Shown in pieces: positions 55,377 through 64,000 of a stretch of DNA of 64,000 bases. The number at the start of each line of letters is the position of its first letter. The first letter of the stretch is position 1. The translations under genes and the position numbers were made by a program. The notes under the pieces were generated by a model. The model was given only the letters and a program-made list of their open reading frames with translations. It did no database searches and was not told the DNA's origin. Source of the stretch: Phototrophicaceae bacterium (lineage in GTDB: Bacteria > Chloroflexota > Anaerolineae > Aggregatilineales > Phototrophicaceae); the NCBI GenBank assembly GCA_965207295.1, contig OZ242275.1, forward strand, positions 3,503,456 through 3,567,455. The letters run 5' to 3'.

Positions 55377-56327
55377 ATGGACTGGAAGACTAGCGCCTTC
55401 TTATTTCCCGGGCAAGGCTCGCAGACTGTCGGCATGGGCGCCGACTTCGCGCGGATGTTTTCCTCCGCCCGCGAGACCTTCGAGCAGGCGGATGAGTTCC
55501 TGGGATTCGACATGTCCCGCATCTGCTTTGAGGGACCAAGCGAAGCCTTGAATCAAACCGACATTACGCAGCCGGCGCTCTATGTATGCAGCATCGCCAT
55601 TTGGCGCGCGCTCCAAGAGTGTCTTCCCGCGGCGCAACCTTCATGGCTGGCGGGCCACAGCCTGGGCGAGTTCTCGGCTCTAACCGCCGCGGACGCGCTC
55701 AGCTTTGAAGCTGGCTTGCGGTTGGTGGAAGCCCGCGGCCGCTTTATGCAGCGGGCTGGCGCTGATAACCCTGGCGCGATGGCGGCGATACTCGCGCTCG
55801 ATATCGCAGAAGTGGAAGCGCTCTGCAGCGCGGTTTCGGCGGAAACGGGGCAGGTCGTCGTGCTGGCGAATGACAACTGCCCGGGGCAGGCGGTCGTATC
55901 CGGCAATATCGCGGCGGTCGACCGGCTAATCGAACGCGCGTCTGCTGCTGGCGCCAGACGGGCGGTCAAGCTTTCCGTGAGCGTGGCGGCGCACTCGCCG
56001 CTGATGGCATCGGCTTTGGCCGGCTTCCATGATGCCGTTCATCGCACCGCGTTTTCGCCGCCAGCGGCGCCAGTTTATGGCAACGTAATGGCGAAGCCGC
56101 TCGAATCGGCGGCTGCTATACAAACCGAGTTGGATCAGCAGTTGACGCAGTCGGTGCGCTGGACCGAGTCAATGCGCGCCATCATCGCGGCCGGGGCGCA
56201 GACCTTCATCGAGATCGGCTCGGGAAACGTGCTCGCCGGTTTGATGCGGCGAATCGATCGGTCGAAAGCGCGCGTCAGTCTCAATTCAGTTCAGTCGCTG
56301 GAGTCTTTCCTGGAGTCGCTGGCTTGA
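55377..56327 (+). CDS. fabD: Malonyl-CoA:ACP transacylase
   Basis: FLFPGQGSQ, active-site GHSLGE, and VSVAAHSPLM. Confidence 0.9.
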   Translation: MDWKTSAFLFPGQGSQTVGMGADFARMFSSARETFEQADEFLGFDMSRICFEGPSEALNQTDITQPALYVCSIAIWRALQECLPAAQPSWLAGHSLGEFSALTAADALSFEAGLRLVEARGRFMQRAGADNPGAMAAILALDIAEVEALCSAVSAETGQVVVLANDNCPGQAVVSGNIAAVDRLIERASAAGARRAVKLSVSVAAHSPLMASALAGFHDAVHRTAFSPPAAPVYGNVMAKPLESAAAIQTELDQQLTQSVRWTESMRAIIAAGAQTFIEIGSGNVLAGLMRRIDRSKARVSLNSVQSLESFLESLA

Positions 56328-56354
56328 GCCGGCTGGACAACGGAGACCCATATC

Positions 56355-57143
56355 ATGTCCGACCTCATTCTGGCGCGCCGTTCTGAGCAGGTCTTCGAAA
56401 TAACTCTCAACCGCCCCGGCGAGCGCAACGCCATCAACGACGAAATGATGATGGCCATCTCGCAGGCTTTCGATCGAGCGGAGCGCGAATTCAATGATGG
56501 CGCGCGTGTGGTCTTGGTGCGCGGCGCCGGGCGCGTCTTTTCGTCGGGCATTGACTTGAATCAGTTTCTGGCGCTGGATGAGGGGCTTCGCGCGAATCTC
56601 TTCCCATTTACTGGGCGATACCAAGCTGTCTTTAACAAGATTGAGCGCTGCTCGCTTCCTGTCATTTGTCTGCTTCAAGGTTACTGCCTGGGCCTGGCGC
56701 TGGAGCTGGCGCTCGCCTGCGATTTCCGTATTGCGGCAGAGCGAACGAAGCTAGGGCTGCCCGAAGCGCGTTTGGGCATCATTCCCGATGTGGGCGGCGC
56801 CGTACGTCTTGTTAAGCTGGTGGGTCCATCACGCGCCAAGGATCTGATCATGACGGGCCGCAATATCGATCTGTCGCAAGCGCTGGAGTGGGGGCTCGTC
56901 AACGCGGTCTTGCCCAAAGCGGACTTGGATCAAGGCGTCGCCGATTTTGTGGAGGCGCTTTCAGCCTCGGCGCCACTGGCTGTGAGTTATGCCAAACGCG
57001 TCGTCAACGACATTGCCGATAACACTCGCGGGCTGCAAATTGAAGCCTGGGCGCAAGCGCAACTCTTCCGCACCGCTGATTTTCGCAATGCAATACAAGC
57101 GATGATTGACAAGTCCTACCCAATCGACTGGGAAGGCAAGTAG
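56355..57143 (+). CDS. Enoyl-CoA hydratase/isomerase (crotonase) family protein
   Basis: Crotonase fold with FSSGIDL oxyanion motif, GLALELALACDFRIA and PEARLGIIPDVGG. Confidence 0.85.
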   Translation: MSDLILARRSEQVFEITLNRPGERNAINDEMMMAISQAFDRAEREFNDGARVVLVRGAGRVFSSGIDLNQFLALDEGLRANLFPFTGRYQAVFNKIERCSLPVICLLQGYCLGLALELALACDFRIAAERTKLGLPEARLGIIPDVGGAVRLVKLVGPSRAKDLIMTGRNIDLSQALEWGLVNAVLPKADLDQGVADFVEALSASAPLAVSYAKRVVNDIADNTRGLQIEAWAQAQLFRTADFRNAIQAMIDKSYPIDWEGK

Positions 57144-57151
57144 GGGCTAGC

Positions 57152-58066
57152 TTAGGCGCTGACGTCCCCGATGACATCGCGCAGCCTGCCGTCGGCTTTC
57201 GCCAGCAATCGGCGCGCCTCAGCGAAATCGACGGACAAGCGCGACATCACGACCGCCGGCTTCACCTCGTTATTCGCGCGCGCCAGCAGTTCCCGCGCCC
57301 CTTCGTCATCGGCTCCGGTCAATCGCGTGACTAGGCGGCGAGCGCGCTCCGCCAGCTTCTGATTGGACACTTTCACATCAACCATCAGATTGCCGTAGAC
57401 CTTGCCCAGGCGAATCATTGCGGCTGTGCTGAGCATATTCAGGATCAGCTTTTGCGCCGTGCCCGCTTTCATGCGTGTTGAACCGGCGATGATCTCGGGT
57501 CCGACGTCAACGCAAATCGATACATCGGCAATATCGCCAATGGCGGAGCCCGCGTTGCAGGCGACTGCGATTGTTTTCGCGCCCAGCGCCTTGGCGTACT
57601 CAAGGCCGCCGATGACGTAAGGCGTGCGCCCGCTGGCGGCGATACCGCAGACGACATCCGCGCTCGTCAAGCCGCGGGCCGCCAGATCTTCGCGCGCGCC
57701 ATCAGGCTTGTCCTCAGCGCCTTCGATTGATTTTGTTAGCGCCTCGGCGCCGCCAGCGATCACGCCTTGCACCAGATCGGGCGCGACACTGAAAGTGGGC
57801 ATACATTCGACAGCGTCTAGAACGCCCAGGCGGCCGCTGGTGCCAGCGCCGAGGTATATCAGGCGCCCTCCCTTGGCGATCGTAGCGGCGATGATGTCGA
57901 CCGCCGCAGCGATCTGCGGAAGCGCCTCACGCGCGGCGGCGGCAACTTTGGCGTCCTCGCGGTTGATCAGACTGACCGCATCGAGCGTCGTCATTTGGTC
58001 GATGTTAGCGCTGGCGGGATTATCCCGCTCTGTATTGAGTGTCACCGGCATTGCCGCGCGCTCCAT
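57152..58066 (-). CDS. murQ: N-acetylmuramic acid 6-phosphate etherase
   Basis: SIS domain with TERDNPASANIDQMTT at the N-terminus, GAGTSGRLG, and GSTRMKAGTAQK. Start is ATG 58066 or 58051. Confidence 0.9.
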   Translation of the reverse strand: MERAAMPVTLNTERDNPASANIDQMTTLDAVSLINREDAKVAAAAREALPQIAAAVDIIAATIAKGGRLIYLGAGTSGRLGVLDAVECMPTFSVAPDLVQGVIAGGAEALTKSIEGAEDKPDGAREDLAARGLTSADVVCGIAASGRTPYVIGGLEYAKALGAKTIAVACNAGSAIGDIADVSICVDVGPEIIAGSTRMKAGTAQKLILNMLSTAAMIRLGKVYGNLMVDVKVSNQKLAERARRLVTRLTGADDEGARELLARANNEVKPAVVMSRLSVDFAEARRLLAKADGRLRDVIGDVSA

Positions 58067-58974
58067 TCCATTTTTGCCAACAAGGCGGCGCCTTTGACCG
58101 GCGGGGATTTGGCGACCGGGCGCTTGGGCAGCCCGAGAAGCCGCGCGACTTCGGCGGAAAGCCAGTTTGCGTTTTCGAGCAGCCCGCCGGCAAACGCAAT
58201 CGGCGCGTCCATATAAGCGAGCCGCCGCCGCGTCGTCTCAGCGAGATTCGTCAGATGCTTGGCGGCACGGCTCACTATGTCAATAGCAACTGTATCGCCG
58301 TTTTCCGCCAAATCCAGGACGAATGGCGCCAGGCTGGCGATTCGTACCGCTGGCGCCACCTCGGAGCGGTACACCCATGCCACCAAGTCTCGCGCCCGAG
58401 ACAAACACAAATGGTCGAGACAGGCGCGGCAGGTTGCTGTCATGGCGGCGTCCGCGCCGGAGTCGTACGTTGACGAAATATGCCGTAAAAGCTGCGATCC
58501 AATCCAGAAGCTGCTGCCTTCATCGCCGAGAAGGTATCCCCAACCGCCGACTTGCAGGCGCTTGCCGGCAGGCGTGCGGACATAAGCCGCGCTGCCCGTT
58601 CCCGCCAGCAGCAGCAAGCCGTGACGCTGTGCTAAAGCGCCCACCAGGGCAATCTCCAGATCCGAACTCGGCACGGCCTGACTCAAGGGCAGGGCGGACT
58701 TAACGGTTTCCAAAAGCCATTGCCGGCTGTGCAGATCCGATGCGCCGGCGATGCCGATGCCGACCGCGGCGAGGCGCTCGTGATGCAGATCCGCCAGTTG
58801 AAGCGCTTCAAATACGCCAGCTTGGATCCGCTCGCGAGCGACGCCGCGCCCCACAATGCTCGGGTTGACCGATTCCCCTGTCCACGTTGACAATTCGGTC
58901 AGGTCAGCATTCACGATGGCGACGCGCAGCGTGCTTCCGCCGCCATCAATGCCCATGAACAGCGGCTCATTCAT
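58042..58974 (-). CDS. BadF/BadG/BcrA/BcrD-type sugar kinase (GlcNAc and/or MurNAc kinase)
   Basis: ASKHA N-terminus MGIDGGGSTLRVAIV. Overlaps both flanking genes and sits directly upstream of murQ. Confidence 0.75.
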   Translation of the reverse strand: MNEPLFMGIDGGGSTLRVAIVNADLTELSTWTGESVNPSIVGRGVARERIQAGVFEALQLADLHHERLAAVGIGIAGASDLHSRQWLLETVKSALPLSQAVPSSDLEIALVGALAQRHGLLLLAGTGSAAYVRTPAGKRLQVGGWGYLLGDEGSSFWIGSQLLRHISSTYDSGADAAMTATCRACLDHLCLSRARDLVAWVYRSEVAPAVRIASLAPFVLDLAENGDTVAIDIVSRAAKHLTNLAETTRRRLAYMDAPIAFAGGLLENANWLSAEVARLLGLPKRPVAKSPPVKGAALLAKMEWSARQCR

Positions 58975-60170
58975 CGTCCGTCTACAGCCTCAACGATGAG
59001 ATCGTGGATGGCGCGGCGAAACCTGTGAATGCCCGCTTCCGCCCGCCCATGATAGACGCGATTTGTCAGCGCCGCGCACACCAACTCCCTCTCCGGGTCG
59101 ATCCACAGCGATGTGCCGGTGAAACCGGTGTGACCGTAAGCGCGTGCGTTATAACGGTCGCCGGCCGAAGAGCCGCTGTCGGCTTTGAGCATCCAGCCCA
59201 GACCGAGCCGGACTTGCCCGCTGGCTTGCTGGCTGGTCGCGCGCCGGCGCAGGTCCGCGCTGATGGCCAGCCGCTCGTCACCGGCTAGCCAGGCTTGACC
59301 GAAGCGGGCGACATCCTTAGCAGTGGCGAAGAGACCGGCGTGACCGGCGACGCCACCGACGCCGCAAGCATTTTCATCGTGAACCTCGCCCCAGGCGCGC
59401 CGATGACGCCAATGACTGTCCAACTCCGTCGGCGCGATTTGGCCTCGCGCGCTGCCGTTTAGCATCGGATTGTAGCTGAAGGAGTCCAGTGCCAACGGCT
59501 GGAGCACCAGATCGCTTACCGCCTCATCCAGCCGCGTGCGGTGCAGGCGCGCGACCGCCTCGCCGAGGAGCATGATGCCGATGTCGGTATAGCGCGCCTC
59601 GTCGCCAATGGCGCCAGCGAAGGGAAAGTCTGCCATGGCGCTTAAGCCGCGCCGCCAACGACCATCATCGTATTGTTTAATGTGAGTCGGTGGTGGCGGG
59701 GGACGATCCGAAGCCAAGAGATAAACCGACCGCCAGGGCGGCAGGCCAGACGTATGAGTCAACAGATGCCTAAACGTGACTTCGCCAGGATCGACCGACA
59801 AGCCGCGATACCGCCGCTCCACTGGCAGAAAAGCGCGCGTGTGCGGGTCTTGCCCACTGCCGATTTCGCGCGGGTTCACCCGGCCGAACTCGGGGACCAC
59901 ATCCACCAGGCGGCTCTCCAAATTAATGGCGCCGGCTTCGACCAAAACCAGAAAACTTGCCTCGACGATGAGCTTGGTCACCGAAGCGAGATCAAAGAGC
60001 GTATCGATGGTGACTGCTGCAGTCATTCCGCTCGGATCAATCCAGCCGCGGCTGTCCCGCAGCATTGTCCGCCCCTGGTGTATTACACAGACGCTAAGCG
60101 CCGGGAATGTCCCCGGCATGTGACGCTTCAGCAGGCTTTCATAAGCGGCGCGATCCACTAGACCGGTCAT
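58971..60170 (-). CDS. Beta-lactamase-fold serine hydrolase (class C / AmiE-like)
   Basis: SxxK motif (LASVTKL) and a HTGFTG box. No signal peptide. Confidence 0.75.
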   Translation of the reverse strand: MTGLVDRAAYESLLKRHMPGTFPALSVCVIHQGRTMLRDSRGWIDPSGMTAAVTIDTLFDLASVTKLIVEASFLVLVEAGAINLESRLVDVVPEFGRVNPREIGSGQDPHTRAFLPVERRYRGLSVDPGEVTFRHLLTHTSGLPPWRSVYLLASDRPPPPPTHIKQYDDGRWRRGLSAMADFPFAGAIGDEARYTDIGIMLLGEAVARLHRTRLDEAVSDLVLQPLALDSFSYNPMLNGSARGQIAPTELDSHWRHRRAWGEVHDENACGVGGVAGHAGLFATAKDVARFGQAWLAGDERLAISADLRRRATSQQASGQVRLGLGWMLKADSGSSAGDRYNARAYGHTGFTGTSLWIDPERELVCAALTNRVYHGRAEAGIHRFRRAIHDLIVEAVDGR

Positions 60171-61708
60171 CAGATTTCAACCGTAAGTTTGCCGCCGGGC
60201 TGGTAATCGCCGCAGAGCGCCTCGACAGCCGCTTCGAGCGAGGGAACGCCCCCGCCCATTGTGCAAATCACACTGTCCGCTCCCGTGATCTCTCCGGCGT
60301 CGTAGGGATTACCAACGCAGATCAGAACTACCGCCTGCGCGCGGTCGCAGATGAACCGAGCCAGCCTTAATTGCGCCGGTTGCATGTGCGCGTTTCGCGT
60401 GACTAGAATGACGATGCCCGTTCTGGTCAAGACACCAGACAGGGCTTCACAGTTGGCAGCGAAATCTGCCGCCGGATCAACGATTTGGCTGGCAAGGGTC
60501 GGCAGCCGATTCGAAAGAAGCGTTGCGATTCGGCTACGGTCATGCGCTGCTCCGTCCCCCGTATACGGCTGTGACGAAAACTCGATCAGCGCAACATGCT
60601 CCGCTGACGAAGGAAGGGGTAGCGCGCCGCCTTGAATGACTAGAACAGTACCGGCGCGCGCCGCCTCGCCTGCCAGCGACCGGTGCGCCTCGCAGCCCAC
60701 GACCTCCATTGGCGGCGCCTTATCCAGAGCAAATCGGCTTTTGAGCGCTTGGACGCGGGACATGGACTGATTGATCCGCTCGGCGCTTAGCCTTCCGGTC
60801 TCCGTCGCATGCAGCAAAGCGCGGTATGCCTCTTCCTGAGCCGCGCGCGTATGCGAAAACAAGACCATATCGACGCCCGCCAGCAGCGCAAGCACAGCCG
60901 ATTCGCCCGCGCCAAAGGCATCCGTGATCGCCTTCATTTCCATGCAGTCGGTGCAGACGGCGCCATCGTAACCTAGCTCTTGACGAAGCAGCCCGTCCAC
61001 GATGCGCGGCGATAGCGTCGCCGGCAACTCGCTATCCAACTCGTCATACATGACGTGCGTCAGCATGACGCAGCCGACATCGGCGGCGATCGCCTTGCGG
61101 AAGGGAAGCAGGTCTTCGGCATACAGGCAGGACAGAGAACCCCGCACTCTGGCTGGACCGTCGTGCGTGTCAACCACCGTGTTGCCGAGCCCGGGAAAAT
61201 GCTTCACGGTCGCCGCCACCCCGGAGCGCTGGAATCCATGAATTTGCGCCACAACCATTTCGCTTGCCAATCGCGGATCGCGGCCGACCGAACGCGTGCC
61301 GACCGAGGGATTTTCGCTCTGATGCGCGATATCAGCGACCGGCGCGAAGTTCCAATTTACGCCGACCGCAGCCATCTCACATCCCAGCATGAAAGCGATG
61401 TCTTCTCCACGCTGGCGGTCGCCGCCGGCGCCTAAAGCCATTGCGCCGGGGCTTTCGCTGAAGCCATTGCGCAGGCGCGCTACCGTGCCGCCTTCCTGGT
61501 CGACGCCCACAAGTATCGGATGTTTCGCCGCCGATCGGCAATCCGCAATCAAACGCCGGACCTGAACTGGAGATTCGATATTGCGCGCGAACAGCACGAT
61601 GCCGCCAATGCGCCCGCGCGCCAGCCATGCAAGTATGTGCGGCGGCGGCGCCAATCCCTCAAAGCCCACAATCATAAGCTGCCCGATTCTAGCTGCGAGC
61701 GAAGACAT
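60170..61708 (-). CDS. nagZ: GH3 beta-N-acetylhexosaminidase, two-domain form
   Basis: QLMIVGFEG, VDQEGG, KHFPGLG motifs plus a C-terminal ~170-aa extension. No signal peptide. Confidence 0.85.
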   Translation of the reverse strand: MSSLAARIGQLMIVGFEGLAPPPHILAWLARGRIGGIVLFARNIESPVQVRRLIADCRSAAKHPILVGVDQEGGTVARLRNGFSESPGAMALGAGGDRQRGEDIAFMLGCEMAAVGVNWNFAPVADIAHQSENPSVGTRSVGRDPRLASEMVVAQIHGFQRSGVAATVKHFPGLGNTVVDTHDGPARVRGSLSCLYAEDLLPFRKAIAADVGCVMLTHVMYDELDSELPATLSPRIVDGLLRQELGYDGAVCTDCMEMKAITDAFGAGESAVLALLAGVDMVLFSHTRAAQEEAYRALLHATETGRLSAERINQSMSRVQALKSRFALDKAPPMEVVGCEAHRSLAGEAARAGTVLVIQGGALPLPSSAEHVALIEFSSQPYTGDGAAHDRSRIATLLSNRLPTLASQIVDPAADFAANCEALSGVLTRTGIVILVTRNAHMQPAQLRLARFICDRAQAVVLICVGNPYDAGEITGADSVICTMGGGVPSLEAAVEALCGDYQPGGKLTVEI

Positions 61709-61720
61709 CAGTTGCGCCTG

Positions 61721-62908
61721 TTATGTTGTTGGCGCCCGTTTTCTAACTTCCCAGCGGATCATGAATTCGTATAACGCAAACATTAGCAGCGCGCCTAGAA
61801 GTATGAACAGACTTATTGATTCCGGACCAACGTATTCGGCGAAGACGCCGCCCATTCCCGAAAGCGCGGCGCCGCCCAGCCCGGCGCAACCAACCTGGAA
61901 TCCGATCGCGTTGGCGGCATGATCGAAGCCAACTCGCTTATTTGTCTGCAATATCAAGATTGGGAATACCGCCGCAAGACCAAATCCCAAGCCAACAAAT
62001 CCTATAAGGCTGAACCCATCATTCAAATTCAGAAGGAGCAAGAGCGCGCCCAAAATGGTGAAGCCGAAACAAATGTTAAGGAGCGTCTTGTCGCCCAGGC
62101 GCATGGCCAGCAGCCCCATCGTGATTCGCCCCACGGTAAAGCTGGCCCAATAGGCGCTAACCCAACTGCTGGCGAGCTCTTGCGGCAAGTTGCGCGCTTC
62201 GATCAGCAGGGTATTCGCCAACTGCCCGGTGCCCAGCTCGACGCCGCCGTAAACAAAGAAAAACGCCATGCCGATAAGCACGATGGGACGGCGCAAGCTC
62301 TCCCGGATCGGAGGCCGCGCGCTTTCGACTTTCAATTTATCGCTGGGGGCATTGATCCGCCAGAGCGGCAAGCTGAACAAAATGACCAAGCCAATTGCCA
62401 AAATGACCAAGCCAACAAGGACATAACTGGCTTGCCAACCGCCGCCCTGATAGAGCACAAAGTTTGTGACCAGGGCTGGGGCGATGGTCAAGCCTATGCC
62501 CCAGCAGGCGTGAAGCCAGTTCATTTCGCTGGCGCCATAATTGGCTGAGGCGAAATTGTTTAGACTCGCGTCCATCGTGCCTTTGCCGATGCTGGCGACG
62601 AATGCGGCGCCGAGCAATAGGATCCATACGGGGGCAAGCGCATATCCAAACATGCCGATAGCGGCAAAAGCCATTCCGCCGACCAGCACAAGACCCAGTG
62701 AAAAGCGACCGATGATTGAGCCGCTGAAGAAAGCCGCAATCAGCCCGCCGAGCGTCGCCGCCGGCGCCAGCGCCGCCAATGAATCATGCGACACATTGAA
62801 ACTGTCCTGCATATAAGTCCAGGAGATGTTTAGCAATCCCGATGCGATCCCGATCACGATGAATACCAGATAGGCTACCAGGATGGGGAAAGTTCGCTTG
62901 AAATTCAA
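61721..62908 (-). CDS. MFS transporter (candidate muropeptide/amino-sugar importer)
   Basis: 12-TM MFS profile. First gene of the recycling operon. TTG start. Confidence 0.7.
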   Translation of the reverse strand: MNFKRTFPILVAYLVFIVIGIASGLLNISWTYMQDSFNVSHDSLAALAPAATLGGLIAAFFSGSIIGRFSLGLVLVGGMAFAAIGMFGYALAPVWILLLGAAFVASIGKGTMDASLNNFASANYGASEMNWLHACWGIGLTIAPALVTNFVLYQGGGWQASYVLVGLVILAIGLVILFSLPLWRINAPSDKLKVESARPPIRESLRRPIVLIGMAFFFVYGGVELGTGQLANTLLIEARNLPQELASSWVSAYWASFTVGRITMGLLAMRLGDKTLLNICFGFTILGALLLLLNLNDGFSLIGFVGLGFGLAAVFPILILQTNKRVGFDHAANAIGFQVGCAGLGGAALSGMGGVFAEYVGPESISLFILLGALLMFALYEFMIRWEVRKRAPTT

Positions 62909-63100
62909 ATTGGCTCGTTTCGCTTACGATGATGCAGTCTATGATACTCCGCAACAACGGGCGCGCAATGGTATCGCGCGTCGATTGTGCCACTGTTGCA
63001 ACGTGTCGGCACGCCAGATCGAGACGAGGACGGCTCCAATTGTGGTAGACTAGCGCTGAATTCCATCTGCTCGAATCGCCCATGAGTTGGACTGCGAGCC

Positions 63101-64000
63101 ATGCCATCTGCTGATGAGCAAGATCTGATTGAGGTCCGCCAAGACGAGCGTTTTAACGAGGCGCGCTTACAGAATTATCTCCGCGATCGCCTGGCCGGCG
63201 CTGACGGTGAACTGGCTGTCAGGCAGTTCGGCGGTGGCAAGGCGAATTTGACCTATCTATTGACGTTCGACGGGGCTTTGGAATACGTATTGCGCAGGCC
63301 ACCCTTGGGAACCTATGCGCCATCGGCACATGATATGGGGCGCGAGAATCGCGTGCTTTCCGTCTTGCACAACGCTTTTGACTATGCGCCGCAAATCTAC
63401 CATTATTGCGAAGATGAAACTGTGATTGGCGCGCCCTTTCTCATCATGGAGCGCTGCCACGGCGTCGTAATTCGCGACACGATGCCAGCGCGCTTCGCCA
63501 ACGATGCTGACGCGCCTCAATTGCTCAGCAAGGCGCTGGTTGATACGCTCGCCGAGTTCCATGCTGTCGACTACGAAGCGCTTGGTCTGTCCAAGCTGGG
63601 TCGGCCGAAGGGTTTCGTCAAGCGGCAAGTGGAAGGCTGGTGGCGGCGCTGGGGGGCGGCTACCCAAGATGATGATGAGCGTGTGAGCGAAATCTACCGC
63701 TGGCTGGTTGATCATTTGCCCGATTCCAGCTATTTCTCGCTGGTTCATAATGATTACAAGCTGGATAACACGATGTTCGACGTGCAGGATCCGGCGCGCG
63801 TAGTCGCGATTCTGGATTGGGATATGTGTACCCTTGGCGACCCGCTTTCGGATCTCGGCACGCTCTTAACCTACTGGACAGGACCAAAGGATTCCGCGGC
63901 CGTACGCGCGATCGGCACGATGCCGGCGGGCGACTTCGGCTTCTATAGCCGCGGCCAGATCTTGCGCCGTTATGCCGAGCGAAGCCGGCGAGACCTGTCG
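63101..64000 (+). CDS. Aminoglycoside-phosphotransferase-fold (APH/ACAD10-like) kinase, 5' part
   Basis: Absent from the ORF track because it runs off the window end. My translation reads MPSADEQDLIEVRQDERFNEARLQNYL...GGGKANLTYLL...LVHNDYKLDN...ILDWDMCTLGDP (Brenner and DxD-type motifs). The frame is open to 64000. Confidence 0.8.
   Translation, partial: MPSADEQDLIEVRQDERFNEARLQNYLRDRLAGADGELAVRQFGGGKANLTYLLTFDGALEYVLRRPPLGTYAPSAHDMGRENRVLSVLHNAFDYAPQIYHYCEDETVIGAPFLIMERCHGVVIRDTMPARFANDADAPQLLSKALVDTLAEFHAVDYEALGLSKLGRPKGFVKRQVEGWWRRWGAATQDDDERVSEIYRWLVDHLPDSSYFSLVHNDYKLDNTMFDVQDPARVVAILDWDMCTLGDPLSDLGTLLTYWTGPKDSAAVRAIGTMPAGDFGFYSRGQILRRYAERSRRDLS

Overview
GC-rich bacterial chromosomal segment that reads as core genome rather than an island. 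It holds about 60 tightly packed protein genes, many joined by ATGA/GTGA/TTGA start-stop overlaps. I saw no rRNA, tRNA, CRISPR array, integrase or transposase. All functions are assigned from motifs I recognise in the translations; no homology search was possible.

Gene content, left to right:
- Partial MFS transporter, aconitase, a DsbA-like oxidoreductase, HIT protein, FabG, a TolB-like beta-propeller protein and Lon.
- A secreted Ig-like protein coupled to two GT2 glycosyltransferases.
- hpf-comFC, then pgeF-yggS-yggT.
- A membrane protein / HEAT-like protein / PspA-like block.
- An extracytoplasmic thiol-redox operon: CcdA-thioredoxin fusion, TlpA, DUF2085.
- A CCA-type nucleotidyltransferase, a UbiA prenyltransferase, an M1 peptidase and PEP carboxylase.
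- Formimidoyltransferase, then a Dpp-type ABC importer coupled to hydantoinase/oxoprolinase A and B.
- comM.
- A LysW-dependent alpha-aminoadipate lysine biosynthesis cluster (hacAB, hcs, lysKJZYXW).
- rpmF-fabD.
- A cytoplasmic peptidoglycan-recycling operon: MFS, NagZ, AmiE-like hydrolase, BadF-type kinase, MurQ.

The LysW pathway, long-form HPF and ylm-type cluster are compatible with Chloroflexota or Deinococcota, but lineage cannot be established from this window.

Most notable observations:
1. A Lys-codon leader peptide with terminator and antiterminator pairings upstream of lysW.
2. lysW itself (58 aa), which is absent from the ORF track.
3. A roughly 275-nt imperfect palindrome with G-quadruplex-capable arms and its own terminator, sitting in an unusually long convergent intergenic region (4756-5250).

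I found no convincing defence, mobile or secondary-metabolite system.
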